A stretch of DNA of 24,289 nt from Paramicrosporidium saccamoebae KSL3 (lineage: Eukaryota > Fungi > Cryptomycota), in NCBI GenBank assembly GCA_002794465.1, contig MTSL01000089.1:1-24289 (forward strand). Direction: 5' to 3'. The notes beneath the pieces are model-generated. The model was not told the origin of the DNA, searched no databases, and saw only the letters and a list, made by a program, of their open reading frames with translations. Positions 20,646-24,289 of the stretch are shown here, piece by piece; position 1 is the first letter of the stretch; every line of letters begins with the position of its first letter. The translations under genes and the position numbers were made by a program.

Positions 20646-21158
20646 TTATTCCAAAGACCTTAATCCGGCCATCTTATTGCATATTGAGGAATGATCGTTC
20701 CGAAAAGTTGGAAGAATACGATGGACATTGTCATTATTCGACTCTTTCGGGGGGTCTTCAGTCCGCCTTCTCTCCTGTTCCTTCTGATAGATTGGGAGCA
20801 TGCCAACCCTCTTCAGATGGGTATTCTCTTTCATCAATCTCCCCTGTTCCCTCTCCAACCTTTCCAGGGATCGGTGCAGTTCGTCAATTTTGCGGATACT
20901 GGCAATCAGCACGTCAGCACGGCTTGTTGGCGTCTTTCGTGGCAGATGGGCAGGCATTGCGCTCATCGGATTGTCTTCCTCCAAAAGCTCCCGGAGCTGA
21001 GCCACGCCTGATTGGATTGCATGTCGACGACGATGTTCGCAACTGAGATGCATCTGACGACGCGTCTCCATACGCTCCGTCGCATTTACTTGTCCCCTGG
21101 AACGACGCGGGGCCGGCAGATCCTCCGGCGAAATGAACAGTTCTTGATTTGGAAGCAT
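20646..21158 (-). CDS. bHLH-leucine zipper transcription factor, about 170 aa
   Basis: Basic region RRQMHLSCEHRRR (H-E-R E-box contacts), helix 1 IQSGVAQLRELL, helix 2 SRADVLIASIRKIDEL, zipper LERLEREQGRLMKENTHL. AATAAA overlaps the stop codon. Confidence 0.88.
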   Translation of the reverse strand: MLPNQELFISPEDLPAPRRSRGQVNATERMETRRQMHLSCEHRRRHAIQSGVAQLRELLEEDNPMSAMPAHLPRKTPTSRADVLIASIRKIDELHRSLERLEREQGRLMKENTHLKRVGMLPIYQKEQERRRTEDPPKESNNDNVHRILPTFRNDHSSICNKMAGLRSLE

Positions 21159-21266
21159 CACAGTTGGACGACCGGTAGCTCCCAGCTCGAAAGTTGTGCA
21201 GTTGGCCAGAAGGCACCCGTTATTGGTCGCGATTCTTCAGATCCAATAGAATTGGCGAACCAATCA
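21159..21266. promoter_or_regulatory. 108-bp divergent promoter between bHLH and ALDH genes with four CCAAT/ATTGG
   Basis: ATTGG 21222, CCAAT 21243, ATTGG 21251, CCAAT 21260. Confidence 0.55.
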
Positions 21267-22693
21267 ATGGCCGACTTTGTATGATGATGCGACATTTTAA
21301 CCTTTAGGAACATTTGCGGCTGCAGAGGCTGTACTCGTCAAGTGTCACCCGGACTGTGGAGTGGCGACTGGCGCAACTGCGGGGATTGGCCACGTTCCTC
21401 GTAGAGTGTGAGTCGGACATTTTGAAGGCATTGCAGGCAGACTTCAAGTCGCAATATGACGCACTTTCAGAGGTGCGTACAGTGCAGAGCGCCGTTGCTC
21501 AGGCCATTGACCAACTACCGACATGGCTGTCACCCGAACATGTTACCCGGTCGCTTGCCTTTTATACCGATTCCTGTGCCCTGCATTGGGAGCCGCGTGG
21601 GGTCGTGTTGATCATTTCGGCATGGAATTATCCGCTGAGTCTGTTGATAGAGCCGTTGGTCGGAGCATTGGCTGCAGGCTGTGTAGCCACCCTAAAGCCG
21701 TCAGAAGTGGCCCATCACACTGCCGAGGTTATTAGCACCAAGCTGCCTGGATACCTCGAATGCATTTCAGTGCGCACGGGCGGGCCCGAAATGACCCAAC
21801 AATTGCTCGAATGGCCACACTGGGGACTTGTATTTTATACGGGAAATGGCAAAGTTGGAAAGCTTATCCAGGAGAAGGCATCCAAGAATTTGGTGCCCAC
21901 CATTATGGAACTTGGAGGCAAAAGTCCCTGCATCTATCTCAGCGGAGACATCGATGTGGTTGCAAAGAGAATTGTATTTGGCAAAATGTTTAATGGCGGC
22001 CAGACCTGTGTTGCACCAGACTATGTGCTCACCACTAATGTGGAGGGACTATTAAGAGCCGTGGAGAAGGCGATTCATGCGTTTTACGGTGAGGATCCCT
22101 GTGATTCGTCAGATCTGTCCTCCATTGTCAATGACCGTCATTGGGATCGTTTGGAATCGTTGCTGGAGGGCCTTAATGAGAGCAGTATTCTGCGTGTTGG
22201 GACGAGTAAGCGCGACAAGAAACGATTTGCACCAACAATGGTCGTGAATCCGCCTCTGAATTCGCGGCTGATGACGGAGGAAATCTTTGGTCCCATCCTG
22301 CCCATCATTGAGATTGCCTCGGTTGAGGATGCCGTCAAGTTTGTAAATTCCAGAGACACGCCCCTAGCCGCATATCTGTTCACCACTATCAATGCCGAGA
22401 TTGAATATTTTATTGCTCGCTGTCCCTCGGGCGGAATGACTATCAATGACACAATGATGCACACCTTTTCCGCACTCCTTCCCCTCGGCGGGATGGGTCC
22501 CAGTGGTATGGGCCGCTACAAGGGGAAATGGTCTCTTGAGGCCTTTTCACATGCAAAGCCCGTCATGTGGAGAAGTCTGCGGGGTGAGATGATTAACGAT
22601 TGGAGCAGAAATCCGCCCTTGACTGAAAAGAAATTCTCTCTCGTCTCCAGTGCCATGTTTTCCCCTCTCCAACCTCGCCATTTGAAAAAGTGA
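21267..22693 (+). CDS. Aldehyde dehydrogenase family 3 (fatty aldehyde dehydrogenase, Hfd1-like), about 465 aa, 2 exons
   Basis: Exon 21267-21278 (MADF), 29-nt intron 21279-21307 (GTATGA...TTAAC..TAG), exon 21308-22693. Motifs PRGVVLIISAWNYP, LKPSE, YTGNGKVG, ELGGKSP, FNGGQTCVAPDY, EEIFGPILP. Confidence 0.93.
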
Positions 22694-22805
22694 GACTTGA
22701 TCCATATCCCCATAAATGCGAGGTTTGCAATAAAAGCTGTATATAGTGTTGCCATTGTATATACCTGTATATATCTGTATATGTGTCCCCTCTGACACTC
22801 TGGAA

Positions 22806-22837
22806 CTGAAACTCTGAAACCCTGAAACCCTGAAATT
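22806..22837. repeat. 8-bp tandem repeat (CTGAAACC), 4 copies
   Basis: CTGAAACT CTGAAACC CTGAAACC CTGAAATT, between the convergent ALDH and RPS9 genes. Confidence 0.85.
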
Positions 22838-22880
22838 TTTATCCCTAATTCTACTCTTACTTTTACTCTCATCTCTTTCT

Positions 22881-22924
22881 CCCTTAACCCAACTCAACTC
22901 AACTCAATCTAACCCAACCCTCCC
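22881..22924 (-). repeat. G/T-rich low-complexity tract downstream of RPS9
   Basis: Plus strand CCCTTAACCC(AACTC)3AATCTAACCCAACCCTCCC. Confidence 0.8.
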
Positions 22925-22978
22925 ACTCTCTCGCTCTAATTCATGCGTAATAGTTTATTATACGAGTCTGTTCATAAT

Positions 22979-23588
22979 TTATTCCTCATCCTCCTCAACG
23001 TCGGCAGCGCCAGACTTGCTTGCATTGCGCATGGTGCGGCGCTTAACACGACCAGCACGACCGCCTCCGTAGGGCGAGTTCAGGGCGAAATCAATCAGCT
23101 TCTGCGAGTCCAGACGCACCACAAACGAGGCAACGTCAACAACTTGCTTTCCAACGCGAATGTGGCGTTGACGGATCAACACGCGGGCATGATGGATGCT
23201 CTTGGCAAGTCCAAGCTTGAACACTTGGGTTTGCAGACGACGTTCCAAGAAATCCTCCACCTTCAGACCGAGCACGTAATCCAGCTTGGTCTTGCTCTTG
23301 TCCAACACGCCAATGCGGATGAGACGGCGAATCAAGGCATTACCCTCAAAGAGACGCTTGGGGTCCTTCTCGTCCAAGGTAAGCAGCTCACGCGCAGCCT
23401 TGCGAATCTTGGCCAGCGTGTAGGACACACGGTATATCTCGCTCTTGTTGCGCAGACCGTACTTTCCAGCGAGCTGGAGCTCCTGGTCAAGACGGGCCTT
23501 GACAAACGGACGACGGGGCACCTTGTAGGTCTTGGAATCTAAACCATGAGAAGCCATTGGATGGATTACTGCGACGAACTACAGCCAT
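22979..23588 (-). CDS. RPS9: 40S ribosomal protein S9 (uS4), 192 aa, 2 exons
   Basis: Exon 23588-23570 (MAVVRR+A), 31-nt intron 23569-23539 (GTAATC...CTCAT...TAG), exon 23538-22979, giving [18 protein letters not shown]. Motifs [55 protein letters not shown]. Confidence 0.97.
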
Positions 23589-23714
23589 ATTCACTACGAG
23601 CTCGAACTGCCAAGGACTAAACCGGGGTTGGTGCGACAAAAATTTACTCGCAGGCCGCTATAGTAGTTGACCGGGGATTCCGTTTTTTGTCGGCACCCTT
23701 CCGTTAGCACTAAT
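23589..23714. promoter_or_regulatory. 126-bp bidirectional promoter of RPS9 and RPL21
   Basis: Head-to-head start codons at 23588 (-) and 23715 (+). Confidence 0.7.
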
Positions 23715-24200
23715 ATGCCGCACTCGTTTGGTAAGCGCGCCCGCACCCGCCACCTCTTTGCCCGCAACTTTCGCGAGCATGGTATGATCCGTCTGTCTAC
23801 CTTCATGACGACCTACAAGGTGGGCGACTATGTCGACATTAAGGCTAATGCTGCCTGCCAGAAGGGTATGCCTTACCGCTTCTACCATGGCAAGACGGGA
23901 GTCGTCTTTAACGTTTCCCCCCGTGCCCTCGGTGTTGTTGTGAACAAGCAGGTCGGCAACCGGTTCATTGAGAAGCGCATCAATATCCGCATTGAACACG
24001 TTGTTCCCAGCAAGTGCCGGGACGGATTCCTTGCCCGTGCCCGCGCCAACACCAAGGCTGCGGCCGAGGCCAAGAACACTGGTGTCCAGACTGGCTCCAT
24101 GAAGCGTCAGCCCATCCTCCCTGCTCTCGGACACTTTGTCTCCACCAAGAACAACGAGCCGGTCATGATCTCCCCTGTGCCTTATGAGATTCTCATCTAA
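23715..24200 (+). CDS. RPL21: 60S ribosomal protein L21 (eL21), 161 aa
   Basis: MPHSFGKRARTRHLF, YKVGDYVDIKAN, KGMPYRFYHGKTG, KRINIRIEHV, ISPVPYEILI. True start is ATG 23715; the ORF track extends to an upstream TTG. Confidence 0.97.
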   Translation: MPHSFGKRARTRHLFARNFREHGMIRLSTFMTTYKVGDYVDIKANAACQKGMPYRFYHGKTGVVFNVSPRALGVVVNKQVGNRFIEKRINIRIEHVVPSKCRDGFLARARANTKAAAEAKNTGVQTGSMKRQPILPALGHFVSTKNNEPVMISPVPYEILI

Positions 24201-24289
24201 GTGTGCCCCAATAAATAGTATACTCTCATAAGATAATATTTGCTGTCTATTGACGACTCTAATTTAATGCCTCGAGCGACGATAACAAC

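Noticed and set aside
20784-20807. Possible in-frame 24-nt intron in the bHLH gene (GTTGGC...ATCAG)
   Set aside because: Shorter than all other introns, GTT donor and CAG acceptor break the local GTA...TAG rule, and the frame is open without it.
7657-23714. Upstream in-frame starts in the ORF track (7657, 11633, 17927, 21161, 21314, 23557, 23667)
   Set aside because: Most use TTG/GTG or bury signal peptides or conserved N-termini; better ATG or spliced starts exist at 7717, 11735, 17831, 21158, 21267, 23588 and 23715.
402-24134. Most short ORFs in the track (e.g. 402-605, 831-1034, 2007-2441, 6620-7195, 10217-10687, 11807-12430, 14807-15385, 22943-23542, 23658-24134)
   Set aside because: They are antisense or off-frame shadows of well-supported genes and show no recognisable motifs.
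1-24289. Mobile elements, CRISPR arrays, tRNA or rRNA genes
   Set aside because: No transposase, RT or integrase motifs, terminal repeats, repeat-spacer arrays or cloverleaf/rRNA signatures were seen; tandem repeats are short and local.

Overview
Gene-dense eukaryotic DNA with 13 protein-coding genes in 24.3 kb, intergenic gaps as short as 26 bp, and 13 inferred spliceosomal introns of 29-35 nt, all GTA...TAG. This architecture, the fungal-type RPS9-RPL21 head-to-head pair and a mitochondrial lipoyl synthase suggest a compact fungal-relative genome such as a rozellid or early microsporidian (inference only). Recognisable genes: MOT1, LIP5, NUP57, a Cdc20/Fzr-family WD40 protein, an ankyrin-repeat protein, a two-RRM protein, a bHLH-ZIP factor, an ALDH3-type aldehyde dehydrogenase, RPS9 and RPL21. 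The ORF track fragments most of them because of the tiny introns and misses a signal-peptide gene at 1-1348 (-). The best candidate for a novel system is a tandem pair of large (about 1,184 and 1,091 aa) signal-peptide orphan paralogs at 7717-15041. They share an intron position, a dual-CCAAT promoter layout and a 64-aa repeat whose copy number differs between them. The region 15950-16745 is unexplained and contains short repeats, a GC-rich stretch with hairpin potential and a two-strand poly(A) palindrome. No mobile elements, CRISPR arrays, tRNAs or rRNAs were recognised. All splice models were derived by hand from frame continuity and family resemblance, without RNA data.
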